43,978 nt of DNA from Acidimicrobiia bacterium (GCA_029210695.1 JARGFH010000030.1:1-43978), one strand, 5' to 3'; positions 17,418 to 26,873 are shown, counted from the first letter of the stretch. Numbers and translations: made by a program. Notes: generated by a model from the letters alone, not told the origin.

Positions 17418-19325
17418 ATGCAGATGAAGAAGCGAGGTTTCCTCGCAATTGTACTTTCAATGGTCATCGTCGGCGCCACGATGGTGGTTGCCTTGGGTGA
17501 GACCGCTTCGGCTCAAACCACCAACACATTCACCGACGACGACGGCAACACCCACGAAGCTAACATAGAAGCGATTGCCGCGGCGGGAATCACCAAAGGC
17601 TGCAACCCGGCCGGCACGTTGTACTGTCCGTCTGACTTCGTGACCCGGGCTCAGATGGCTTCGTTCCTGGCCCGTGCCTTCAGCCTCCCTGCCGCTTCTC
17701 TCGACTATTTCCTCGACGACACCGGCAACACCCACGAGGACAACATCAACCGCATCGCCGCCGCAGGGATCACGCTCGGCTATCCCGACGGCACCTTTCG
17801 ACCGACGGGGTTCGTGACCAGGGCTCAGATGGGTTCGTTTATCGCCAGGGCGATGAAGCTGACCCCCATCGTTGCGAATCGTTTCAGCGATGTGTCGGGA
17901 ACTCATGCAGCGAACATCAACGCAATTGCGGAAGCCGGCGTGACGTTGGGATGCAATCCCGCCGGGACCCTGTATTGCCCCAACGATAACGTTCGCCGTG
18001 ATCAAATGGCCTCGTTCCTCGCTCGCGCCACGCCGACTACGAGCACCACCACAAGTACCAGCACCACAACAACTTCGAGCACCACAACGACGACAACGGT
18101 AGTGACCAATCCGAACGTTGCCCAGGGTTCGTTCGGGATTTATGTCGATGGAACCGAACCAAGTGCTGCCCTGTTTTCGGGACCCGGCACCGAGGACACC
18201 CCGGCAGTGGTGGATTTGAATGAAACCTTCTCGATTCGGGTAGCGCTGGCCAACACGGGCGCCGCGGCTACCTCAGTTCGGCCCAAGCTGCAGTTCCGCT
18301 CCATTGGCCCGTCGGTGCCGCCGGGAACCAGTTGGTCGCCGTGGGCCGACGTCACGGGATCGTCGAACCTCGTCCGAGCCAGCCTTGGAACTGTCGTCGA
18401 CGGTGCGCCAACCACGGAACGGCTCGACGGCTCGCTGACGTTCGTGCCAGGGCGGATCGACGAAGTCGACGGCGTCATCAACTCTGCTGTCGCGCTGGCT
18501 CAGAACCAGGAAACCGAGTTCCTGTTCTCGGTAAGAGTTACGATCCCGAGCGTTGCCAAAGACCAGTTCCAGTTCCGATTGATCGACGCCGCTTTGGGCA
18601 GCGTATACGACGGATACGACCAACGGCCGCCGGCCGTCAACTTCCCCTTCGCGTTTGCCAACGGGTTTGAGGCCGGCACCCCCGGAGCTGTCATCACAGC
18701 AGCCGGCTCCGCCAACCCGGATCCGTGGACACAGGTAGAGCCGGGAACGGTGATCACATACGACAACACTCAGAAGATCCAGGCCACGCAGTCGGCCAGA
18801 TTCGAGCGCTCGTATCTCGACCTTGATTCGTACCTACGGCTCAACGACTTCAATCAGGCCCAGCACCTGTACGGGCGGGTGTACTTCCGCTATACGGGTC
18901 TTGCGCGGGACATCGACAGCCAACCGGTGAATGTGCGAATCGTCGACGTGGTCGGTGGATATGACGACGGGGACCAGAACTCGCATTCGATCACGGTCAC
19001 TCTGGCCGGCCAGGTCAGGATAAAGGCGGGCGGCCTCGCCGGACCGGGTGATGTCGAACTGGTGCTGCCAAGTACAACCCTCGACTTCGACACGTGGTAC
19101 CGCATCGAGTGGCACGCCACGACTGAGTCGGCGCCTCTTGCCAAAGACGGCACGGTCGAGGTAGTGATCTACAACGCGGCTGGTACGGAGTTGGAGAGGG
19201 GTTCCATCTCTGCCGCTCCAACCCTCACCGAATTCGAAGACATCGACATCGGCCCCCGCAGGAGCACCATCACCGCCTGGATCGATGCAGTGGCACTCTC
19301 CAACCAGGGCTGGCTCGGACCGTAA
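17418..19325 (+). CDS. SLH-domain surface protein (3 SLH, Thr-rich linker, beta-rich C-terminal domains)
   Basis: Signal peptide, three FxD...AGITxG...VTRAQMASFLARA repeats, TTSTTTSTSTTT linker. C-terminal LYGRVYFRY, WYRIEWH and WIDAVALS suggest a jelly-roll fold. Confidence 0.85.
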   Translation: MQMKKRGFLAIVLSMVIVGATMVVALGETASAQTTNTFTDDDGNTHEANIEAIAAAGITKGCNPAGTLYCPSDFVTRAQMASFLARAFSLPAASLDYFLDDTGNTHEDNINRIAAAGITLGYPDGTFRPTGFVTRAQMGSFIARAMKLTPIVANRFSDVSGTHAANINAIAEAGVTLGCNPAGTLYCPNDNVRRDQMASFLARATPTTSTTTSTSTTTTSSTTTTTTVVTNPNVAQGSFGIYVDGTEPSAALFSGPGTEDTPAVVDLNETFSIRVALANTGAAATSVRPKLQFRSIGPSVPPGTSWSPWADVTGSSNLVRASLGTVVDGAPTTERLDGSLTFVPGRIDEVDGVINSAVALAQNQETEFLFSVRVTIPSVAKDQFQFRLIDAALGSVYDGYDQRPPAVNFPFAFANGFEAGTPGAVITAAGSANPDPWTQVEPGTVITYDNTQKIQATQSARFERSYLDLDSYLRLNDFNQAQHLYGRVYFRYTGLARDIDSQPVNVRIVDVVGGYDDGDQNSHSITVTLAGQVRIKAGGLAGPGDVELVLPSTTLDFDTWYRIEWHATTESAPLAKDGTVEVVIYNAAGTELERGSISAAPTLTEFEDIDIGPRRSTITAWIDAVALSNQGWLGP

Positions 19326-19655
19326 GCCACCTTCGAATAGACAATCGCCGGCGCGAGGGACAACCCCGACCGCCGGCGATTTCGCGTCCGGCGTTGCTGC
19401 CGACGCCGGCGCATGCAAAGAGTGCTCGTCGCTCGGCGGCCTAGTACGACAACCGATGCCACGAAGAACTCCGACAAGCGCTATAGTAAAACCGTACGCC
19501 CGATTGCGTACAACGCCGGGCTCCCCCCCACTCGTTCCGTCTGGTGGAGCCACCGCAGGACATGCTGGTTCACGTCGACGCCGCGTCGGCTCTCCAACGC
19601 AGATCAGGCGGGGCGTCAACCCCGACGGTTCGACGCTTCGGAAGGAGCAACCATC

Positions 19656-19910
19656 ATGTCCAGCAACCTCTACGTGGGTAATCTCACGTTCAACACCACC
19701 TCGGGTGACCTCGAGACTCTCTTCGCCAAGCACGGCGAGGTGACGAAGGCCCAGGTCATCACGGACCGGGACACCGGTCGGTCACGTGGCTTCGGCTTCG
19801 TCGAGATGGCCACCTCCGAGGGCGGCAAGGCCGCCATCGACAACCTCAACGGTTACAACCTCGATGGTCGTGACCTCACTGTGAACGTCGCCAAAGAACG
19901 CTCACGCTGA
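19656..19910 (+). CDS. RRM (RNP-1) RNA-binding protein
   Basis: RNP2 LYVGNL, RNP1 RGFGFVEM, DRDTGRS. AAGGAG RBS. Confidence 0.96.
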   Translation: MSSNLYVGNLTFNTTSGDLETLFAKHGEVTKAQVITDRDTGRSRGFGFVEMATSEGGKAAIDNLNGYNLDGRDLTVNVAKERSR

Positions 19911-19921
19911 AACCAGGTTCG

Positions 19922-20086
19922 ATGCGCAAGATCGACGGAGGCAGGCAACGATGCGTGGGATGCGGACATCCCCGCAAAGAGCACAACGATCGCGAAGGGT
20001 GCTCGGTGCCCAAATGTGCTTGTAGTGAGTACATGCAACCGGCGGACCCGGAGTCATCCGGCCGCAAGGGAGCGAAACGGTCGTAG
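19922..20086 (+). CDS. 54-aa Cys/His-rich microprotein (not in the ORF track)
   Basis: MRKIDGGRQRCVGCGHPRKEHNDREGCSVPKCACSEYMQPADPESSGRKGAKRS. Lies 11 bp after the RRM gene and before a strong hairpin. Confidence 0.65.
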   Translation: MRKIDGGRQRCVGCGHPRKEHNDREGCSVPKCACSEYMQPADPESSGRKGAKRS

Positions 20087-20123
20087 TGATCTGTCCCCTT
20101 CGGGGCGCATAGACTGATTGAGT

Positions 20124-20153
20124 AGGGGTGAGTTCGGAAACGGACTCACCCCT
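20124..20153. terminator. Stem-loop, probably a bidirectional terminator between convergent genes
   Basis: AGGGGTGAGTTCG-GAAA-CGGACTCACCCCT: 13-bp stem with one G-U pair and a GNRA loop. Confidence 0.75.
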
Positions 20154-20191
20154 CTCTCGTTAACAGGCGTACCGGGATAGGTCCAGAGCAC

Positions 20192-21667
20192 CTATCCCGA
20201 GAGCCGGTGCTCCCCCGGCACGCGACCGGCGCCTGCCGCCGCGATCCGGCGGGCCATTGCGCCGAAGATCAGGGCATGGAACGGGACCAGGGCGTACCAG
20301 TACATCCGTCCCAGGAGGCCACGAGGCACGAACGTCGCGGTCTGGGTCAGCTCTGTCGCAGATCCGTCGGGGTCCACCGACCACTCCAACCAGGCTTCGC
20401 CCGGCAGCTTCATCTCTGCTTGCAGCAGCAAACTGCGGTCCGGTTCCACCCGGACGACCCGCCAGAAATCGAGGGCCTCGCCGGGCCGGAGATCCTCCGG
20501 GTGGCGCCGGCCGCGCCGCAGCCCCACTCCCCCGATCAGGGAGTCGAGCACGCCGCGAATACGCCAGGCCCAGTCAAATCCGTAGTAGCCAACGTCACCC
20601 CCAACCCTGGTGAACGCCCAGAAGATGTCCCCGGCGGCGGCTCGTGAGTCGACGACCCGACGATCCTCGAACCTCTTGCCGCCCGCCCACGCCGGATCGG
20701 TGGGAAGTGGGTGAGCGGGGCTGGTGGCTGCATCGCTCCAACGGGTCTCGACCTGGCGGGAGGTGGTGAGTTCCAGCGCCAGGCGCACGGCCTCCCGGTA
20801 GCTGATCGGCTGGTACGGGAAGAGCCGCGCCGGCGCGTCGTCGGTTACGATCACTTCATTCTTCAGACTGTCCACGAGCGGTCGCGCTACGGCGGACGGA
20901 AGCGGAGTGACGAGGCCGATCCACCGGGATGACAGGCCGGGACTGAGCACCGGGACCGGGATGATGATCCGCCGCCGCAGGCCGGCCTCTTCCGCGTAGA
21001 TCTGCATCATCTCCTCATAGGTCAGAACCTCGGGACCACCCACCTCGAGCACCCGGCTGACCGGTTCGTCCTCGAGCACTGCAGTGAGCATCTCGAGCAC
21101 GTCTCGAATGGCGATGGGCTGACACCGAGTTCGGACCCATTTCGGAGTGGTCATGATCGGCAGCACTTCGGTGAGATAGCGCAGCATCTCGAAGCTCACC
21201 GAACCGGATCCAATGATCACCGCCGCCCGAACCTCGGTCACCGGAACGCGCCCGGACGCCAGCGTCTGGCCCACCTCCTGGCGGGACCGGAGATGCTTTG
21301 AGAGCGCTTCATCTTCGGGACGGCCCAGTCCGCCGAGGTAGACGATGCGACGGAGGCCTGCAGTTGCAGCAGCTTCCTGGAAATTCTGGGCGCCGACCCG
21401 GTCGGTTTGCCCGAAGTCGGCGGTGTCACCCATTGAGTGGATCAGGTAGTAGGCGTAATCACATCCCTCGAGTGCAGCCCCGAGGGTGGCAGGATCGAGA
21501 ACGTCGCCTTTCACCACCTCGACCTGATCGCGCCAGGGGTCGAGAGCCAGCTTGGAAGGGTCCCGGGCCAGACAGCGGACTCGATGGCCGCGCTCGAGCA
21601 AGCGCTGCACCAACCGTCCGCCGATGTAGCCGGTTGCCCCGGTGACGAGAGTGAGAGGCGAGTCCAT
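20192..21667 (-). CDS. SDR-family NAD(P)-dependent oxidoreductase with DUF2867 (YbjT-like)
   Basis: VTGATGYIGG, YYLIHSM, SKHLRSR, IIGSGSVSFEM, LDFWRV, AEMKLPGEAWLE. Confidence 0.9.
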   Translation of the reverse strand: MDSPLTLVTGATGYIGGRLVQRLLERGHRVRCLARDPSKLALDPWRDQVEVVKGDVLDPATLGAALEGCDYAYYLIHSMGDTADFGQTDRVGAQNFQEAAATAGLRRIVYLGGLGRPEDEALSKHLRSRQEVGQTLASGRVPVTEVRAAVIIGSGSVSFEMLRYLTEVLPIMTTPKWVRTRCQPIAIRDVLEMLTAVLEDEPVSRVLEVGGPEVLTYEEMMQIYAEEAGLRRRIIIPVPVLSPGLSSRWIGLVTPLPSAVARPLVDSLKNEVIVTDDAPARLFPYQPISYREAVRLALELTTSRQVETRWSDAATSPAHPLPTDPAWAGGKRFEDRRVVDSRAAAGDIFWAFTRVGGDVGYYGFDWAWRIRGVLDSLIGGVGLRRGRRHPEDLRPGEALDFWRVVRVEPDRSLLLQAEMKLPGEAWLEWSVDPDGSATELTQTATFVPRGLLGRMYWYALVPFHALIFGAMARRIAAAGAGRVPGEHRLSG

Positions 21668-21769
21668 CGGCGAGAGGATACCTGCGCCGTGGTTCCTACT
21701 TCGGAGCCCACTCGGCAAGACAGGAGCGTGATTCCCCATGAGTCTGCGCGAGCACCCGTGTCTCGTTTG

Positions 21770-21787
21770 TGAGTGAGCACTCACTCA
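21770..21787. promoter_or_regulatory. Probable TetR operator
   Basis: Perfect 8-2-8 inverted repeat TGAGTGAG-CA-CTCACTCA directly upstream of a TACTCT -10-like box and the tetR start. Confidence 0.75.
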
Positions 21788-21803
21788 GTTACTCTGACCC
21801 ATC

Positions 21804-22412
21804 GTGAATACCCGACACACCCGCGCCAAGCCACTGTCACGTGATGATCGCAGAGAAGCGATCTTGACGGCCGTCATCCCCCTCCTCATCGAGAAGGGTC
21901 AGGCGGTGACTACCGCCGAGATGGCAGAGGCGGCGGGTATCGCAGAAGGAACCATCTTCCGGGCGTTCCCGGACAAGGCCGCGCTCATTCACGAAGCGGT
22001 GAAGATCACGATGGATCCGGCCCCGGTCCGGGTCGCCCTCGAAGCGATCGACGCGACCGCCCCCATCGAGACACAACTCACCGAGGCCGCCCACATTCTC
22101 GTCGAACGGTTCGACCGGATCACCGCACTGATGGAAGTCCTTCGCACGATGCCACTTCCGGCCACCGGCCCGCCGGCCGGCGCCCGCCGTGTGGTTACCG
22201 AGTCGATCGCCTCCATCTCGGCCGGCCTTACCGTGCTCCTCGAGCGGCACCGCGATCGCCTCGTGATTGCACCCTCACGAGCGGCGGCGGCCTTCCGGGG
22301 ATTGATCTTCGCCAATGCCCACTCGGTGATGACCCCGGAGGAGAAATTGACGATCGATGAGGTCGTCGGGATCCTGCTCTGCGGCATTTCAGCTCGCCCG
22401 ATCGGAGACTGA
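21804..22412 (+). CDS. TetR/AcrR-family regulator
   Basis: RREAILTAV...VTTAEMAEAAGIAEGTIFRAFPDKAAL HTH. Confidence 0.93.
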   Translation: MNTRHTRAKPLSRDDRREAILTAVIPLLIEKGQAVTTAEMAEAAGIAEGTIFRAFPDKAALIHEAVKITMDPAPVRVALEAIDATAPIETQLTEAAHILVERFDRITALMEVLRTMPLPATGPPAGARRVVTESIASISAGLTVLLERHRDRLVIAPSRAAAAFRGLIFANAHSVMTPEEKLTIDEVVGILLCGISARPIGD

Positions 22413-22419
22413 TCGCCTC

Positions 22420-24150
22420 GTGCTGATCCGGATTCTCAAAGAGCGCCTCAAGCCGTATTCCCGTCAGATCACGATCGTGATCCTCCTTCAACTGGCCGGG
22501 ACGATCGCGTCGTTGTACCTCCCCAGCCTCAACGCCGACATCATCGACGACGGTGTCGTCACCGGTGACACGGCCTACATCACCCGCACCGGGGTGTGGA
22601 TGCTGCTCGTATCCCTGATTCAGGTCGGCTGCACGATCTCCGCCGTCTTCTTCGGCGCCAGAACCGCCATGGCGTTCGGACGCGACCTGCGCTCGGTGAT
22701 CTTCCACCGGGTAGCCGACTTCTCGAGCCGGGAGATGGCCGCCTTGGGTGCGCCCTCGCTGATTACCCGCAACACCAACGACGTCCAGCAGGTACAGATG
22801 CTGGTGTTGATGGGCCTCACCATGATGGTGTCGGCCCCGATCATGATGGTGGGCGGCATCATCATGGCCCTGCGCGAAGATGTCGGGCTCTCGTGGCTGG
22901 TGGTGGTGGCGATTCCGATTCTGGCCATGGCGGTCGGGTTGATCATCTCCCGAATGATCCCGGCCTACCGGCTGATGCAGTCGCGAATCGACAGCGTTAA
23001 CCGGGTCCTTCGCGAACAGGCCACCGGCATCCGGGTCCTCCGCGCCTTTGTCAGGGAACCGTTCGAGACCAAACGATTCGAGCAGGCGAATGCCGACCTC
23101 ACAGACGTGTCGATCACGGTCGGCCGGTGGATGTCGGCCATGTTCCCGGTGGTAATGCTTGTGCTCAACCTATCCAGTGTTGCGGTGCTGTGGTTCGGCG
23201 GGTTCCGCATCGACTCAGGCGCTATGGAGATCGGCGCTCTCACCGCCTTCCTCACCTATCTGATCCAAATCCTGATGTCGGTGATGATGGCAACGTTCAT
23301 GCTGGTCATGGTGCCACGAGCCACCGTGTCTGCCGATCGCATCGGTGAGGTCCTCGACACCGAGTCGTCGGTGCTGCTCCCGGCGGTCGGAGTGACCAAG
23401 GTCGGCCGGCGCGGCGAACTCGATCTGCGCGGAGCGGGGTTCAGCTACCCGGGAGCAAACTTCCCGGTGCTGTGTGACGTGACGTTCTCGGCCAGACCCG
23501 GCCAGACCACCGCCATCGTGGGGTCGACGGGTGCCGGGAAGACGACCTTGTTCGGCCTGATTCCCAGGTTGTTCGACGCCACCACCGGAAGCGTGCTCGT
23601 CGACGGAGTCGACGTTCGAGAACTCGAGCCAAGCGTCTTGTGGTCGAAGATCGGGCTGGTCCCCCAGATCCCCTACCTGTTTTCGGGGACGGTTGCCTCC
23701 AATCTGCGCTACGGCAAGCCCGATGCCAGCGAAGCCGAAATGTGGGCGGCGCTCGAAGTCGCCCAAGCTCGAGGGTTCGTCGAGGACATGCCGGAGGGTC
23801 TCGAGGCACTGATCTCCCAGGGTGGCACCAACGTGTCGGGCGGTCAGCGCCAGCGCCTCGCCATCGCCAGGGCGCTGATCCTGAAACCCGAGATCTACCT
23901 GTTCGACGACTCATTCTCTGCCCTCGACCTGGCAACCGACGCCAGGCTCAGGCGGGCGCTGAAGCCGGTGACGGCCGACGCCACAGTCCTGATCATTGCC
24001 CAGCGCATCTCGACCATCGCAGACGCCGACCAGATCGTCGTGCTCGAAGACGGCGAGTTGGTGGGTCTCGGCACCCATGAGTCATTGCTGGAGACGTGTG
24101 AGACATACGTCGAGATCGTCGAGTCGCAGCTGAAGGCGGAGGTTGCCTGA
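22420..24150 (+). CDS. ABC exporter, fused TMD-NBD, subunit with degenerate catalytic residues
   Basis: GSTGAGKT, VSGGQRQ, YLFDD (no catalytic E), IAQR (no switch H). Confidence 0.93.
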   Translation: MLIRILKERLKPYSRQITIVILLQLAGTIASLYLPSLNADIIDDGVVTGDTAYITRTGVWMLLVSLIQVGCTISAVFFGARTAMAFGRDLRSVIFHRVADFSSREMAALGAPSLITRNTNDVQQVQMLVLMGLTMMVSAPIMMVGGIIMALREDVGLSWLVVVAIPILAMAVGLIISRMIPAYRLMQSRIDSVNRVLREQATGIRVLRAFVREPFETKRFEQANADLTDVSITVGRWMSAMFPVVMLVLNLSSVAVLWFGGFRIDSGAMEIGALTAFLTYLIQILMSVMMATFMLVMVPRATVSADRIGEVLDTESSVLLPAVGVTKVGRRGELDLRGAGFSYPGANFPVLCDVTFSARPGQTTAIVGSTGAGKTTLFGLIPRLFDATTGSVLVDGVDVRELEPSVLWSKIGLVPQIPYLFSGTVASNLRYGKPDASEAEMWAALEVAQARGFVEDMPEGLEALISQGGTNVSGGQRQRLAIARALILKPEIYLFDDSFSALDLATDARLRRALKPVTADATVLIIAQRISTIADADQIVVLEDGELVGLGTHESLLETCETYVEIVESQLKAEVA

Positions 24151-26153
24151 TGAGCGGCCGCGACATGAAAGCAACTGAACGAATCTCGGGTCAGCGCGGG
24201 CCCGGTCATGGCCCGTTCGGTGGTGGGATGATCGGTCAGAAACCGCTCTCGTTCGGAGCTTCTGCCAAACGGATCGTCAAGCGCCTTCGACCGCAACTTC
24301 CCAAGGTCATCGGTGTGTTTGCGGCTGGAATCGTCAGTGTGGCGCTCTCCGCTATCGGTCCGAGGGTATTGGGTCGGGCAACAGACCTGATCTTCGCCGG
24401 AGCGATCGGCAAGCGGCTTCCGGCCGGGCTCACAAAGGAGCAAGCCATCGAAGCGGCCAGAGCAGCCGGCCAGGCCCAGATCGCAGATCTGCTGACCGGA
24501 GTGGACGTGATACCCGGTCAGGGAATCGACTTTGCGGCGCTGGGGAACGTGCTGTTGATCGTCATCGCCCTCTACGCAGGCTCGGCCTTGCTCGGGTTCC
24601 TGCAGGGGTACATGCTCAACGATGTAGTCCAGCGAACCATCTTCCGTCTTCGTTCCGAGGTCGAGGACAAGCTCAACCGGCTCCCACTCCGTTATTTCGA
24701 CCGCCAGCCGCGCGGCGAGCTCTTGAGCCGGGTCACCAACGACATCGACAACGTATCCCAGAGCCTCCAGCAGACGATGAGCCAGCTGCTGACGTCACTG
24801 TTGACGATCATATTTGTGGTCGGGATGATGATCTCGATCTCACCGACGCTGTCCCTGATTGCCCTGGTGACGATCCCCGTCACGATGGTGGTTGCCGGTT
24901 TGGTGATGAGGAAGTCTCAGAAGCACTTCATCACCCAGTGGCGCCGGACCGGAAACCTCAACGCTCAAATCGAAGAGGCGTTTACCGGCCACTCGCTGGT
25001 CAAAGTGTTCGGCCGTCAGCAGGAAGTCCAGGCCACCTTCGAGCTCGAAAACGAAGCGCTGTATAAGGCCAGCTTCGGAGCACAGTTCCTCTCCGGGCTG
25101 ATCATGCCGATCATGATGTTCATCGGAAACCTCAACTACGTGATCATCGCCGTGATTGGCGGGCTGCGGGTGGCGAGCGGCACGATGAGCCTCGGTGACG
25201 TCCAGGCGTTCATTCAGTACTCCCGCCAGTTCACGCAGCCGGTCACTCAGGTGGCGTCCATGGTCAACCTGTTGCAGTCGGGCGTTGCCTCAGCAGAACG
25301 GGTGTTCGAACTTCTCGACGCAGAGGAGGAAGTTCCGGACGACCATCATCCTCCGATGTCAAACGAATCGTACGGGCGAGTGACGTTCGAGGACGTTTCG
25401 TTCCGCTACGACGAGGATCGCCCACTCATAGAGCACCTGTCGATGACGGTCGAACCTGGCCAGACGGTCGCGATCGTCGGGCCGACCGGAGCGGGCAAGA
25501 CCACGCTGGTCAACCTGATCATGCGGTTCTACGAACTGAATGAAGGTCGGATCACCCTCGATGGGGTCGACATCACGCAGATGTCGCGTGCCGGGCTACG
25601 TTCACGAATCGGCATGGTGCTGCAAGACACGTGGCTGTTCAAGGGGACGATCAGGGACAATATCGCCTACGGACGGCCGGATGCCACGGAGGCTGAAGTC
25701 CTCGAGGCTGCCCGGGCCACACTCGTCGACCGTTTCGTTCACAGCCTTCCCGAGGGCTACAACACCGTCATCGACGATGAGGGCAGCAACGTCAGCTCCG
25801 GCGAAAAGCAGCTGATCACCATCGCCCGGGCGTTCCTCGCCGACCCTGCCTTGCTCATCCTCGATGAAGCAACCAGCTCGGTCGACACCCGCACCGAGCT
25901 GCTGGTACAGCATGCCATGGCGGCGTTGCGCACAGATCGCACCAGCTTCGTCATTGCCCACCGCCTCTCGACCATCCGGGACGCCGATCTGATCCTGGTG
26001 ATGGAGGAAGGCCGGATCGTCGAACGCGGCAACCACAACGAGCTGATCAAGCTCGACGGCGCCTACGCCCACCTCTACAACTCACAGTTTGCCGGACCCG
26101 ATGTCGAGGACCCGGCCCTGGTCCCGGAAGGTCCCCCCGTCGGCGTACGTTGA
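24150..26153 (+). CDS. ABC exporter, fused TMD-NBD, consensus subunit (TM287/288-like heterodimer)
   Basis: GPTGAGKT, VSSGEKQ, LILDE, IAHR. Confidence 0.93.
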   Translation: MSGRDMKATERISGQRGPGHGPFGGGMIGQKPLSFGASAKRIVKRLRPQLPKVIGVFAAGIVSVALSAIGPRVLGRATDLIFAGAIGKRLPAGLTKEQAIEAARAAGQAQIADLLTGVDVIPGQGIDFAALGNVLLIVIALYAGSALLGFLQGYMLNDVVQRTIFRLRSEVEDKLNRLPLRYFDRQPRGELLSRVTNDIDNVSQSLQQTMSQLLTSLLTIIFVVGMMISISPTLSLIALVTIPVTMVVAGLVMRKSQKHFITQWRRTGNLNAQIEEAFTGHSLVKVFGRQQEVQATFELENEALYKASFGAQFLSGLIMPIMMFIGNLNYVIIAVIGGLRVASGTMSLGDVQAFIQYSRQFTQPVTQVASMVNLLQSGVASAERVFELLDAEEEVPDDHHPPMSNESYGRVTFEDVSFRYDEDRPLIEHLSMTVEPGQTVAIVGPTGAGKTTLVNLIMRFYELNEGRITLDGVDITQMSRAGLRSRIGMVLQDTWLFKGTIRDNIAYGRPDATEAEVLEAARATLVDRFVHSLPEGYNTVIDDEGSNVSSGEKQLITIARAFLADPALLILDEATSSVDTRTELLVQHAMAALRTDRTSFVIAHRLSTIRDADLILVMEEGRIVERGNHNELIKLDGAYAHLYNSQFAGPDVEDPALVPEGPPVGVR

Positions 26154-26251
26154 GAGAACGATGGACAATCTGTCGGATCCCCGACAATCGCTTGAACCAT
26201 CGGTCCCCCACCCCTACTGTTGCCGGACCCCCACGCTCTGGGAGGAACCAG

Positions 26252-26581
26252 ATGGCGAAATTCATGTTGATCTACACCGGCGGCATGGGTATGGAAGCGG
26301 ATCCCGAGGATCAGAAGAGGATCATGGAAGAGTGGGGTGTGTGGTACGGCAAGATGGGTGCCTCGATCGTCGATGGCGGCGCACCCTTCGCACACTCCAA
26401 GCACCTGAAGGGCAACGGCATCGAAGACGGGCCTCTGAGCGAGACACCTGCCACCGGCTACACCGTGATCGAAGCCGACTCACTCGAGGCAGCGGCGGCT
26501 GCCTGCGAAGGCCATCCGCACCTCAACCACGGCGGCCGGGTCGAGATCTACACCTGCATCGACATGGGCTCCCCTGAATAG
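26252..26581 (+). CDS. YciI/YCII-related protein
   Basis: MAKFMLIY...W..W...GYTVIEADSLEAA...HPH...GGRVEI. GGAGG RBS. Confidence 0.75.
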   Translation: MAKFMLIYTGGMGMEADPEDQKRIMEEWGVWYGKMGASIVDGGAPFAHSKHLKGNGIEDGPLSETPATGYTVIEADSLEAAAAACEGHPHLNHGGRVEIYTCIDMGSPE

Positions 26582-26678
26582 GGGCCAGGAACCCCCGGCT
26601 GAGCTGGGTAAGACCAACCACCAAAGAGCAGCACCGGGGCGCAACTCCAAGCCGCGCCAAGGACGTGGAAGGTGACGA

Positions 26679-26873
26679 ATGGGTGTTGAGGGTTCGCGGT
26701 ACTCGGATCAAGTGGGAACGTTCGCCGAAGAGCTGGTCGTCGCGCTCTCCCCCATCGGTGACGTGTCGCGACATGCTCGCATGCCGTACCACACGCTCCC
26801 GGCCGACATCCTCGATGACGAGGAGATGCTCATCGAATGGGCTCGAGAGTCGGCCGACATCGCGTTGAGGTGA
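26679..26873 (+). pseudogene. TfoX/Sxy N-terminal-domain protein with an internal deletion
   Basis: N-terminal FAEELVVALSPIGDVS joined directly to C-terminal RMPYHTLPADILDDEEMLIEWARES. The MFGG core is missing. Confidence 0.6.

Noticed and set aside
19413..19655. N-terminal extensions given by the ORF track (RRM; also 9936, 5908, 8141, 30217, 41570)
   Set aside because: Downstream starts have an SD, a -10 box or a coupling overlap and give family-typical N-termini.
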